From assembly GCA_038248345.1 (NCBI GenBank), contig JBBRXO010000002.1, positions 6,506 through 70,505 of the forward strand: a stretch of 64,000 nt of DNA, written 5' to 3'. Within the stretch, counting starts at the first letter, position 1. Every line of letters starts with the position of its first letter. Made by a program: the position numbers and the translations under genes. Positions 38,862 to 47,557 of this stretch are shown here, one piece after another. Below the pieces are notes generated by a model that was given only the letters and a program-made list of their open reading frames with translations, was not told where the DNA came from and did not search any database. The stretch comes from Armatimonadota bacterium. Lineage in GTDB: Bacteria; Armatimonadota; Hebobacteria; CAIYQO01.

Positions 38862-40628
38862 ATGACGCGGGCGGAGATGACGGCGCGGGGGTGGGAATGT
38901 TGCGACATTATCCTCGTCACCGGTGATGCCTACGTCGATCACCCATCTTTCGGCACGGCGATTATCGGACGCTGGCTGGAATATCTGGGTTACCGCGTGG
39001 GGGTTATCGCGCAACCAGACCCCAAAAATGTCGATGCTTTTCGCGCGTTAGGACGACCTGCCCTCTGCTGGGGGGTAACTGCAGGGAACCTGGACAGCCA
39101 ACTGATGAAATACACTGCTATGCGCAAAATGCGTAGCGATGACGCCTACACCCCCGGCGGGCAAGCAGGAAACCGCCCCGCCAATGCCTCTATGGTCTAC
39201 ACCAGTTGCGTACGGCACGCCTACAAGGGTGTACCGGTGATCCTCGGTGGCGTGGAGGCCTCATTGCGGCGCTTCGCCTATTACGATTTCTGGTCGGATG
39301 CTGTACGCCGTTCGGTGCTGGTGGATGCCAAAGCCGACCTCATTGTCTACGGGATGGGCGAGCGCGCCATGGCGGAGATCGCGCAACGCCTGCGCAACAA
39401 CGAACCACTGACCGACATCCGCGGCACCGCCGAGATGCGCAAGTCACTGGACGACCTAACCGACGTGCATGTACTACCTGCCTTTGAAGAGGTAAGTCAG
39501 CCGACTCCGGAAGGTAAGCTGGCCTTCTCGCGCATGGCACGTGATATCGACAACTTCACCAATCCTGACCTGGCTACCATGTTGGCACAGCGCCATAATG
39601 AGCGCTATCTGCTGGTGCATCCGCCCGCGGCGCCGCTGAGCACCGCCGAGATCGACGTGGTCTATGACTTGCCCTTCACCAGACACCCACACCCGGCCTA
39701 CGCGGGGAAGAATATCCCCGCCTATGAGATGATCAAGGACAGTATCACCACCCACCGTGGCTGCTACAGCGGGTGCAGCTTTTGCGCATTGGGGGCACAT
39801 CAGGGTACGGCGATCAGCTCACGTAGCGCGGATAATGTGCTGCATGAAATAGCCCGGTTGACGCATGACCCCGAATTCCACGGCACGGTGAGTGACCTGG
39901 GCGGCCCGACCGCCAACATGTATGGTACCGGTTGCACACTGGGGCGCGCACGTTGCGCCGAGAAGAGCTGCCTCTTCCCCACCCTTTGTACAAATTTGCG
40001 CACCGACCACGGCCCACTGCTAGCGCTAATGCAAGCGGCCAGTGCGGTACCGGGGGTCAAGCATCTCTTCATCACCAGCGGTATCCGTTGCGACCTGGCT
40101 TTGTCGCCGGGCGGAAAGGGATACATCGAGGAGCTGGTAAAGTCACACGTTGGAGGGCGGTTGAAGATCGCCCCGGAGCATATCTCCACGCGCGTGCTAC
40201 GTGCCATGCACAAATATCCGCCGGAGATCTACCGGCAATTTCTATCACACTTCCGTAGTTGCGCCACAAAATCAGGCCGCCCCTATCAGGTGATAGAATA
40301 TTTCATCAGCGGCCACCCTGGCAGCACACTGGCCGATATGATCGAGCTAGCCGTTTACCTACGTCGTGAGCGCATCGCCCCCGAGCAGGTGCAGGACTTC
40401 TACCCCACCCCGCTCACGCTGGCAACGGCAATGTTCTACACCGGCCTCGACCCCACCACCGAGAAGCCCATCTATGTGGCGCGTAGTGACCGGGAAAAGG
40501 CCCTGCAGCGTGCCCTGCTGCTCTGCCAGAAGCCGGAATTCCACAACAAAGCCCGCACCGCCCTCCGCGCCGCTAAACGCGGGGATTTAATCGGAAACGG
40601 GCCTAATTGCCTGGTGCCAGAAAAGTAG
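38862..40628 (+). CDS. ygiQ: YgiQ family (UPF0313) radical SAM protein
   Basis: N-terminal MTRAEMTARGWECCDIILVTGDAYVDHPSFG and CYSGCSFCAL radical-SAM cysteine cluster. Confidence 0.7.
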   Translation: MTRAEMTARGWECCDIILVTGDAYVDHPSFGTAIIGRWLEYLGYRVGVIAQPDPKNVDAFRALGRPALCWGVTAGNLDSQLMKYTAMRKMRSDDAYTPGGQAGNRPANASMVYTSCVRHAYKGVPVILGGVEASLRRFAYYDFWSDAVRRSVLVDAKADLIVYGMGERAMAEIAQRLRNNEPLTDIRGTAEMRKSLDDLTDVHVLPAFEEVSQPTPEGKLAFSRMARDIDNFTNPDLATMLAQRHNERYLLVHPPAAPLSTAEIDVVYDLPFTRHPHPAYAGKNIPAYEMIKDSITTHRGCYSGCSFCALGAHQGTAISSRSADNVLHEIARLTHDPEFHGTVSDLGGPTANMYGTGCTLGRARCAEKSCLFPTLCTNLRTDHGPLLALMQAASAVPGVKHLFITSGIRCDLALSPGGKGYIEELVKSHVGGRLKIAPEHISTRVLRAMHKYPPEIYRQFLSHFRSCATKSGRPYQVIEYFISGHPGSTLADMIELAVYLRRERIAPEQVQDFYPTPLTLATAMFYTGLDPTTEKPIYVARSDREKALQRALLLCQKPEFHNKARTALRAAKRGDLIGNGPNCLVPEK

Positions 40629-40651
40629 AATCGGCGTATCACATTGATCCA

Positions 40652-41110
40652 TCATTGCGTGAGCGGCAGATACTCATCCAGCGTGATAACCATATGCTGC
40701 GTCCCTATCAGCTTGCGTGCGAGCGCCATATCTGCTGTCAATAATGGTACACTCTTCTGCTCCGCCAGCGCCACATAAACGGCGTCGTAGGCAGAGATAT
40801 TCAACTCGCAGGCCAGCTGCAGCGCGCGTTTGCTCAATTGTTTGAGTGGGGTGGTTATCAGTCCTAAAGCTGATAATTCATCAACTCTGCTCGCTCCAGT
40901 TGCGGTATCAATTTCCCCACGCTGAGCTTTTTTCCAGAGAATGTTAGCACATTCAATATAGAGGAGATCTGGGACAAAAAGAACAAATCCGTCACTCTCA
41001 AACATGTTTTCGAGAAGTTCGCGAAGTTCATGACTTCCGCGCTCTGGCGCTACATACTTGATAAGTACGCTGGCATCATATACACAACGCGGTGGCAACT
41101 CAGTTCTCAT
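40652..41110 (-). CDS. vapC: PIN-domain toxin (VapC family)
   Basis: 152-aa PIN-like protein with conserved acidic residues; overlaps the upstream small RHH gene by 4 nt. Confidence 0.6.
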   Translation of the reverse strand: MRTELPPRCVYDASVLIKYVAPERGSHELRELLENMFESDGFVLFVPDLLYIECANILWKKAQRGEIDTATGASRVDELSALGLITTPLKQLSKRALQLACELNISAYDAVYVALAEQKSVPLLTADMALARKLIGTQHMVITLDEYLPLTQ

Positions 41111-41355
41111 CGTTCCCGATCCTCACGCAACAAATCAGTTGTAGTTTTGCCATCAATTGAAGGCTTAAACAGGTAGTCGCTCTCTCTAAGACGTGTTAAT
41201 GATGCCAGACGCTCACTTTTTATCCGCTTCTTCTCCAATTCGACTTCCACGAGTTTGATTACTTCAGTACCGACAGATTTTTTTTCTGCTTTCGCCATCG
41301 CTTTCAACGCCTGATACATCTCATCAGGAAAGTCTCGTACATATAATGTCGCCAT
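41107..41355 (-). CDS. vapB: Antitoxin, ribbon-helix-helix (CopG/Arc-like)
   Basis: MATLYVRDFPDEMYQALKAMAKAEKKSVGTEVIKLVE; AAGGAG RBS; start chosen at MATLY rather than the track's 41406. Confidence 0.5.
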   Translation of the reverse strand: MATLYVRDFPDEMYQALKAMAKAEKKSVGTEVIKLVEVELEKKRIKSERLASLTRLRESDYLFKPSIDGKTTTDLLREDRER

Positions 41356-41464
41356 AGTAGATTCTCCTTTGACAGTATTATACCCATAATAATTGCAAAT
41401 GTGCAATCGTATTTGTGTGATAATGCAAGCAATAGTAAAGAGTTACGCTGGGACTAAAGTACCG

Positions 41465-41595
41465 GCTGCGTGGCATTAATGCCGGTAGTCCGCCTTCGCG
41501 GACTTTACATATATGGTAATAGCGCGCTTCAGCGTGCTTGCAGTTGTTAGCCACCTCGTTTACGGGGCGGGACGCCCATGCCACGACTATCTCTT
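41465..41595 (+). repeat. Modular hairpin repeat family 2, copy c
   Basis: gtccgccttcgcggac plus atagcgcgcttcagcgtgcttgcagttgttagccacctcgtttacggggcgggacgcc. Confidence 0.6.
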
Positions 41596-43380
41596 CGTCT
41601 GTGCCCACACCTCTTCTGCCTTTGTCACCAGCTCGTCGATCATCTGCAGGCCGTCGTCCCAGAAGGTGGGGTCGTTGATGTCGATGCCTGCCTTTGCCAT
41701 GATGTCTGCCGGGCGCGCGGAGCCGCCGGCGCGGAGGATATCCTGGTAATGCGGGACGAAGGAGGCGCCCTCTTTTTTATAGCGTGCGTAAAGCGCCATC
41801 ACCATCAGCTGGCCGAAGGCATAGGCGTAGACGTAGAAGGGCGTGTGGATGAAGTGCGGGATATACATCCAGAAGCAGGCGTGTCCTTCGCCTAACTCTA
41901 CCGAGTCGCCGAACATCTCTTGCAGGTTCGTCTGCCAGATTTCATTTACCTGTGCGGGGGTCAGCTCTCCCTTTGCACGGCGTTCGGTGTGTACCCCTTG
42001 CTCGAAGCGGTACATGGCGGTCTGGCGGAAGACAGTGGCGAAGACGTCCTCGATTTTGCCGGTGAGCAGTGCCAACTCCGCCATCGGCTCATGCTCTTCG
42101 GCTAAAAGTTCGTTGAAGGTGAGCATCTCGCCGAAGACGCTGGCCGTCTCCGCTGCTGCCAGCGAGGGGTAGTACTGCAGGAACTTCTGCCCGCCCGCGT
42201 AGAGGTCGTGGATGCCGTGGCCCAGCTCATGCGCCAGCGTCATCACGTCGCGCTTTTTGCCGAGGAAGTTCATCAGCACGTAGGGGTGCCAGTCCGGTGC
42301 CAGCCCGGCGCAGAAGGCTCCGCTGCGCTTGCCGTGACGCGGTTCGGCATCCACCCACTTCTCATTGATAAAGCGATCGACCATCTCACCCATCTCGGGG
42401 GCAAAGGCAGTGTAGGAATCGCGCACAATCTTCACCGAGTCATCCCAGCTTATGGTGGCGGTATCGCTGAGAATAGGCGCGTAGCGGTCATAATGGTAGA
42501 GCTTATCCAACCCCATGATCTCGCGCTTCAGCTTATAGTACCGGGCCACAGTATCATAGTGTTCTACCACCGAGTTGATCATAGTGTGTACGGTATCGGT
42601 ATCCACTTCGTCAGAGAGGTGACGTGATTCCTCCGCGTGATTGAAGTGTGTCAGGCGGTCGTTCACCGATTTGTCATAGGCCAGCACGTTGGTAACGTAG
42701 GTGAAGAACTTCTCATTTTTGCTCAACGCGGCGGATATCCCCTCAGCGGCGGCTTTGCGCACGGCGCGGTCGGGATCGTAGGATTTATTCAGGATCTCGG
42801 ACTCAGATAGTTCGACGGTCTCACCATTCAGCGTCATGGTGAAGGTCATGGCGGCGATGGTCTCATCGAAGAGGCGCGAGAAGGCCTGCCCGCTGGTGAC
42901 GGATTTCTCCATCAGGATTCGCTCTTCCGCCTCGCTCAGACGGTGCGGACGTGCAGCGCGCTCATGCTCCAGGTAGTGCCGATAGGCAGCGGTACCCGTA
43001 TCGGAGAGCAATTCGGCAAACTTCTCCTCGGATAACTCCACTAGCTCCAACTCAAAGAATAGCAACTGCTGCGCTGCTGCTACCGACCGCTCCTGCATCC
43101 GCTGCATCAGCGCCCCATGCGCCGGGTTACTCGTATCGCCACTGAAAAGCAACTCGGAATAAGCCGCCGGAAAGGCCAACGTCCGCTGAATCCCCTCATA
43201 TTCACCCAGGGCTACCGCGAACTCCGCCGGCGACAACTGCCCCACCCGCCCCGCGCAGGAGACAGCAAATGACGCCACGCGCACATCCACCTCCGCTAGC
43301 GCACTATCAATCTTCGGGTCCGTCACCCCCGCAAACAAATCCGTCAAATCCCAGGTAACTGGTGTATTACTCATCATCAT
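41587..43380 (-). CDS. pepF: Oligoendopeptidase F (M3 family metallopeptidase)
   Basis: HELGHGIHD zinc-binding motif, about 597 aa. Confidence 0.8.
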   Translation of the reverse strand: MMMSNTPVTWDLTDLFAGVTDPKIDSALAEVDVRVASFAVSCAGRVGQLSPAEFAVALGEYEGIQRTLAFPAAYSELLFSGDTSNPAHGALMQRMQERSVAAAQQLLFFELELVELSEEKFAELLSDTGTAAYRHYLEHERAARPHRLSEAEERILMEKSVTSGQAFSRLFDETIAAMTFTMTLNGETVELSESEILNKSYDPDRAVRKAAAEGISAALSKNEKFFTYVTNVLAYDKSVNDRLTHFNHAEESRHLSDEVDTDTVHTMINSVVEHYDTVARYYKLKREIMGLDKLYHYDRYAPILSDTATISWDDSVKIVRDSYTAFAPEMGEMVDRFINEKWVDAEPRHGKRSGAFCAGLAPDWHPYVLMNFLGKKRDVMTLAHELGHGIHDLYAGGQKFLQYYPSLAAAETASVFGEMLTFNELLAEEHEPMAELALLTGKIEDVFATVFRQTAMYRFEQGVHTERRAKGELTPAQVNEIWQTNLQEMFGDSVELGEGHACFWMYIPHFIHTPFYVYAYAFGQLMVMALYARYKKEGASFVPHYQDILRAGGSARPADIMAKAGIDINDPTFWDDGLQMIDELVTKAEEVWAQTKR

Positions 43381-43466
43381 CCGCCTTTATTGGTTTACTG
43401 TTGGGTTTATAATTGGCTGTTGATGTGGGGAACTCCTGCTGATTTTATATTTTGGAGATAAATGGG

Positions 43467-43575
43467 TAGGGGCACATGGCATGTGCCCTCAATACGGGGT
43501 ATGAGATACATGACCAATTGAAGGTATGGTTACGATGTGGGCACAAGCCTTGTGCCCCTACAATCGGGTTGTGGG
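43467..43575 (+). repeat. Double-hairpin intergenic repeat, copy C
   Basis: About 90% identical to 16677..16785. Confidence 0.7.
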
Positions 43576-44679
43576 CGAAGACCACTTTAGTACATCTCTC
43601 CCTGTTGTAGCACATACCTCTTCTGCTGGCGTCAGTACCTCCCCGCGTCCCTGCACGCGCAACGCTATCCCACGCAGCCAGGGGGTGAACATGGGGGTGC
43701 ATTTGAGTATCTCTGTCTTGATCGCCTGCCGCAACGGCTGGGTGGCGGTGGCGTAGCGGGGGGCGGCGAACTCCAGTGCGGGCTCTAGCGCGGCGGCCAG
43801 TGCCTGCGCGCTGCGAAAGGCGTAGCTGAAGCCTTCGGCGGTGCTGGGGCTAATCCATCCTGCCGCCTCGCCGACCAGCAACACGCGGCCCGCGCCGGTG
43901 CAGAGCTGGCTGCCGTGGCGGGGACGCTCCAGCAGCGCGCCTTCACGCCAGCGCAGTTTGCCAGGAGAGATGCCATATTCCGCCAGTTTTACCAACAGCG
44001 CGGCGAAGTGTGCGTGGGGATTATCATGCGGGGTGAAGGCCGCTCCTATAGCCAGCAGGCCGCCTTTGGGGATTGCCCAGCCATAATAGTTGGTGACAGC
44101 GCGATCGAAGATGGCGATGTGGTCGGCAGGCAGCGCATCCATCTCATACCACCCCTGCAATGCAATGTACTTCTGCGGGGCGGTGGCCGTCGGGAAACAG
44201 CGCCACCGCACCTGCGAGTTAGCGCCATCGGCGCCGATGAGCAACCGCGTCCGCTCGCTATAGTTGTGCCCACCGGCGGTGAAATGAACCGTCACCCCAT
44301 CGGCGTCAGTCTCGATGTTACCTGTTACCACACCGCAACGGATATCCACCGTTGCCGGCGCCAGCGAGAGCAGCCAGCGGTCGAGCAACTCGCGGTGGCA
44401 GTTGATGTACGAACGCGGGTGCGTGCCGGTGATGCCGTTGTCCGCGTCGATCAAGTACACCTGCTGCGGTTGTTCACGTGTCATGATAGCGGACGGCGCC
44501 GCCAGCCCCATATCCGCCAGCGCCCGCTGCGCATTGGCGCTCAGCAACCCGCCACAGCACTTGCCCGGCTTCTCCGGCACCGGCGGTGTATCCAGCGTCC
44601 GCCGCTCCAGCAGCAACACCCGGTATTTCTCCCCCAACAAACGGGCCAGCGTCGCCCCGATAATCGCTATATCGTACAC
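43558..44679 (-). CDS. FAD-dependent oxidoreductase (geranylgeranyl-reductase / FAD-monooxygenase-like)
   Basis: N-terminal dinucleotide-binding segment MYDIAIIGA...; GTG start with an AAGGAGG RBS. Confidence 0.45.
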   Translation of the reverse strand: MYDIAIIGATLARLLGEKYRVLLLERRTLDTPPVPEKPGKCCGGLLSANAQRALADMGLAAPSAIMTREQPQQVYLIDADNGITGTHPRSYINCHRELLDRWLLSLAPATVDIRCGVVTGNIETDADGVTVHFTAGGHNYSERTRLLIGADGANSQVRWRCFPTATAPQKYIALQGWYEMDALPADHIAIFDRAVTNYYGWAIPKGGLLAIGAAFTPHDNPHAHFAALLVKLAEYGISPGKLRWREGALLERPRHGSQLCTGAGRVLLVGEAAGWISPSTAEGFSYAFRSAQALAAALEPALEFAAPRYATATQPLRQAIKTEILKCTPMFTPWLRGIALRVQGRGEVLTPAEEVCATTGRDVLKWSSPTTRL

Positions 44680-44731
44680 ATCTGCCTCCTTCGAGAAAAT
44701 ATTTTGCGGACACTTTGCCCCACTAGTCTAC

Positions 44732-44841
44732 CTAACCCCCAGCCCCTTCTCTGCGCGGGAAGGGGTGTCGATTCAATGATTATCTATTGAAGAACGATCA
44801 TTCTCCCCCTTCCCGCGCCGGGAAGGGGGTCGGGGGGTTAG
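44732..44841. repeat. Large GC-rich palindrome in the divergent promoter region (arms ctaacccccagccccttctctgcgcgggaagggg / ccccttcccgcgccgggaagggggtcggggggttag around an inner ttcaatgat...attgaa palindrome)
   Basis: Read directly from the sequence; each arm is also a local hairpin. Confidence 0.6.
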
Positions 44842-44867
44842 GTCGACCAAGGCTTTTCATCCCCAAA

Positions 44868-44932
44868 CTATGATAGCGCGCTTCAGCGTGCTTGCCGTTG
44901 TTAGCCACCTCCTTCAGGGGGTGGCTTTCCCT
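44868..44932 (+). repeat. Modular hairpin repeat family 2, copy d (tgatagcgcgcttcagcgtgcttgccgttgttagccacctccttcagggggtggc)
   Basis: Near-identical to the core module of 31940..32130. Confidence 0.65.
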
Positions 44933-45040
44933 ATCCCTCATAATCCTACCGCTTCCCTCTCCCCCGTTCCACCCACTGAGGCCACTATTTCGCGCACTTG
45001 GGTGCTTGGTGGCTGGGGTGGTTTGGCATATACTATTGGC

Positions 45041-45775
45041 ATGTACGATATTCTGCTGGTGGAAGATAACGCGCGGTTGCGCCCGGCGCTGGTGAGTGGA
45101 TTGAACGCTACCGGCAAAGTGCGGTTGGCGCACGCCTGCGCGAGCGGGGAAGAGGCGCTGGCGTGGTGTCGCGAGCACACGGCGCAGGCGATATTGATGG
45201 ACGTGCAACTGGCCGGGGAGATGAACGGCATCGCGGCGGCGGTGGCAATACGACGCGAATATGCGCGTATGCCGGTAGTCTTCTACAGCATCCAGGATGA
45301 CGACGCCTACTACCGCGCCTTCCGCCACGCGGGCATCCTCAGCCATTACGCCTACGTGCGCAAGTCGAACTACTTGCTACCGCAGTTGATCGTGCCCTTG
45401 CTGCAGGATGCCATCTCCGGGCGCAGTTTCATCGACCCGGATATCGAGGCGCGTGTGCAGGAAGTACGCCACAAAGACGCGCGCGACCCGATGGCGCTGC
45501 TGGAGCCGAACGAGCAAGAGGTGGCGCGCATGATCGCACGGGGGATGACCAACGAGCAAATCGCCGCGCAACTGGGCTTCCGCGATAAGCGCACCATCAG
45601 CCGCACCGACGGGCAGATATATGCCAGTTGGGGGCTGGACGCCAGCAACACTGATGAAAAAATAGCCCGCACCCGCGCAGTGATTATCATGCAGTCAGGC
45701 CGGTTGCTGGCCTGGGATACCGACGGCACCCCACGCGTGGAGGCAGAGAATGGCGAATGGGTGGTGTGGGAGTAG
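45041..45775 (+). CDS. Two-component response regulator, NarL/LuxR family (receiver plus LuxR-type HTH)
   Basis: MYDILLVEDNARLR..., phospho-acceptor Asp in ILMDVQL, C-terminal ...EQEVARMIARGMTNEQIAAQLGFRDKRTI... Confidence 0.7.
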   Translation: MYDILLVEDNARLRPALVSGLNATGKVRLAHACASGEEALAWCREHTAQAILMDVQLAGEMNGIAAAVAIRREYARMPVVFYSIQDDDAYYRAFRHAGILSHYAYVRKSNYLLPQLIVPLLQDAISGRSFIDPDIEARVQEVRHKDARDPMALLEPNEQEVARMIARGMTNEQIAAQLGFRDKRTISRTDGQIYASWGLDASNTDEKIARTRAVIIMQSGRLLAWDTDGTPRVEAENGEWVVWE

Positions 45776-45790
45776 GTTATGCCTTCACCT

Positions 45791-46576
45791 TCACCGCAAT
45801 TGCTGCGCTGCAGTGAAGCTCTGTCGGATAGTGCCGATGATGGCAATTACCGCGGTAAACATGCTGGCGGCGGTGATCATATAGACCACCATGATCTGGT
45901 AATGCACCGCCTGCAACGGATTCTGCCCGGCGATTATCTGCCCGGTCATCATGCCGGGGAGTGAGACAATCCCCACCACCAGCATACTATTGACGCTGGG
46001 CATGATGGCTGTGCGCAACGCGTCGCGGCGCAGCGGATGTACTGCCTGCGCGGGAGTGGCACCCAGCGCCAGCGCCGTCTCCACCTCATTGCGGCGCGTG
46101 CGCAGGTCGCCGACAAAGCGGCTCACCGCTACCGCCCCGGCGTTCATGGCATTGCCGGTGATCATCCCCGCCAGCGGCAGCACGTACTGCGCCTTCAGCC
46201 ATGGTTGATACTGGTGCAGCACCAACACCAGCACAAAAAGCAGCACCGAGACGCTGCCGCTGACAATGGCGACGGTGAAAACCAGCGCCTTGCCGGGCAA
46301 CGGCTCTTTGATACGCCCCTGCGCGGTATGCACCGCCACCCCCAGCATGATGCCCAACGCCAGCAACACCCAGTACCACTCGCCCAGCCCGGCACGATTG
46401 ATGACGAAGAGTAACACGTAGCCGGTGGCGGAAAGCTGCAGGAAGGAACGGATGATCCCCCAGAACAACTCCTTCTCCAGCCCCAGTTGCAGCCGCCAGG
46501 AGACGGCCATACTGGCGAAAACGAGCGTACCGGCAATGAGCAAATCCAGGTAACTGATGGGGATAGTCGGTTCCAT
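45791..46576 (-). CDS. ABC-type exporter permease, FetB/YbbM (UPF0014) family
   Basis: 261 aa with about 7 TM helices, LALGATP motif; immediately downstream of its ABC ATPase partner. Confidence 0.5.
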   Translation of the reverse strand: MEPTIPISYLDLLIAGTLVFASMAVSWRLQLGLEKELFWGIIRSFLQLSATGYVLLFVINRAGLGEWYWVLLALGIMLGVAVHTAQGRIKEPLPGKALVFTVAIVSGSVSVLLFVLVLVLHQYQPWLKAQYVLPLAGMITGNAMNAGAVAVSRFVGDLRTRRNEVETALALGATPAQAVHPLRRDALRTAIMPSVNSMLVVGIVSLPGMMTGQIIAGQNPLQAVHYQIMVVYMITAASMFTAVIAIIGTIRQSFTAAQQLR

Positions 46577-47305
46577 CTATGCCACCTCCAGCCGACGTTG
46601 TGTCACCACTGCCAGCGCGCTCTCCGCATCGGGGTAAAGCTCTGCCGTGCCCCCGCTCAGCAGCAACGTGGGGCAGGCCAGTCGCAGCAACACCTCACGC
46701 GTGTGTGTCACCATCACCAGCGTCAGCCCACTCTCCGCATTACGGCGCAACAACGCGGCCAGCAACGCAGCGGTGGACTCCTCGTCCAGCGCCGAGGTCG
46801 GCTCGTCGAGGAGCAACACCTCCGGCGACAGCGCCAGTGCCCGCGCCAGCGCCACCCGCTGCTGCTGCCCGCCGGATAATTGCCGCGCACGGCGTTCCAG
46901 CAACTCATCTGGCAGGCCAACCTCAACCAGCAGCGTCGCCGCCTCCTCCGTTGACAACGTCCGCCCCGCCAGCTTCAGTGGATAGGCGAGGTTGGCGAGC
47001 ACGGTATCATCGAAGAGCGTCGGCTGCTGAAATAACATGGCCACCCGGCGGCGCAGCGCCACCGGCTCCAGTTGTGGCAGGGGTACGCCGTCAAGGAGGA
47101 TCTCCCCGCTCGCCGGGTCATCCAGGCGGTTCAGTAGCCGCAGCAGACTGCTCTTACCACTGCCCGAAGGCCCGATAATCGCCAGCCTGCCGCCCGCTGG
47201 CGCCACGAGCGAGACGTCGCGCAGGATCTGCAACACCTGCATCTCCTCCCCCACCAGCGCCGGACGCGCCACTGTCACCCCCCGCAAAGTTATCTTATCA
47301 GCCAT
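46577..47305 (-). CDS. ABC transporter ATP-binding protein (FetA/YbbL-like)
   Basis: Walker [27 protein letters not shown] signature, Walker B LLLDEPTSALD; start chosen at MADKITLRGV. Confidence 0.7.
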   Translation of the reverse strand: MADKITLRGVTVARPALVGEEMQVLQILRDVSLVAPAGGRLAIIGPSGSGKSSLLRLLNRLDDPASGEILLDGVPLPQLEPVALRRRVAMLFQQPTLFDDTVLANLAYPLKLAGRTLSTEEAATLLVEVGLPDELLERRARQLSGGQQQRVALARALALSPEVLLLDEPTSALDEESTAALLAALLRRNAESGLTLVMVTHTREVLLRLACPTLLLSGGTAELYPDAESALAVVTQRRLEVA

Positions 47306-47408
47306 GCTGTTTATTTTCGGGTATGCGGTGGGGTTCTCCTGCAAATGGGGAGACGTATCTGGTATCCACCGCTTCGCGGTGGATACCATGTATTTATATA
47401 TTATTCTC

Positions 47409-47476
47409 TCTTCGTGTCTTCGTGCCTTCGTGGTTCACAATAACTAGGAACTAGGAACTAGAAACTACGAACTCCC
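47409..47476 (+). repeat. Two adjacent tandem arrays upstream of the sensor kinase: (T/C)CTTCGTG x3 then AACTNNN x5
   Basis: tcttcgtgtcttcgtgccttcgtg ... aactaggaactaggaactagaaactacgaactccc; the cttcgtgtcttcgtggttca core recurs at 491..520. Confidence 0.65.
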
Positions 47477-47557
47477 CCGCACTCAAGTGCTTGGTAACTC
47501 CCGCTGATTCTCCTATACTATGGGCATGTACACTAACATCGGGCAGGTAGGTGGATA

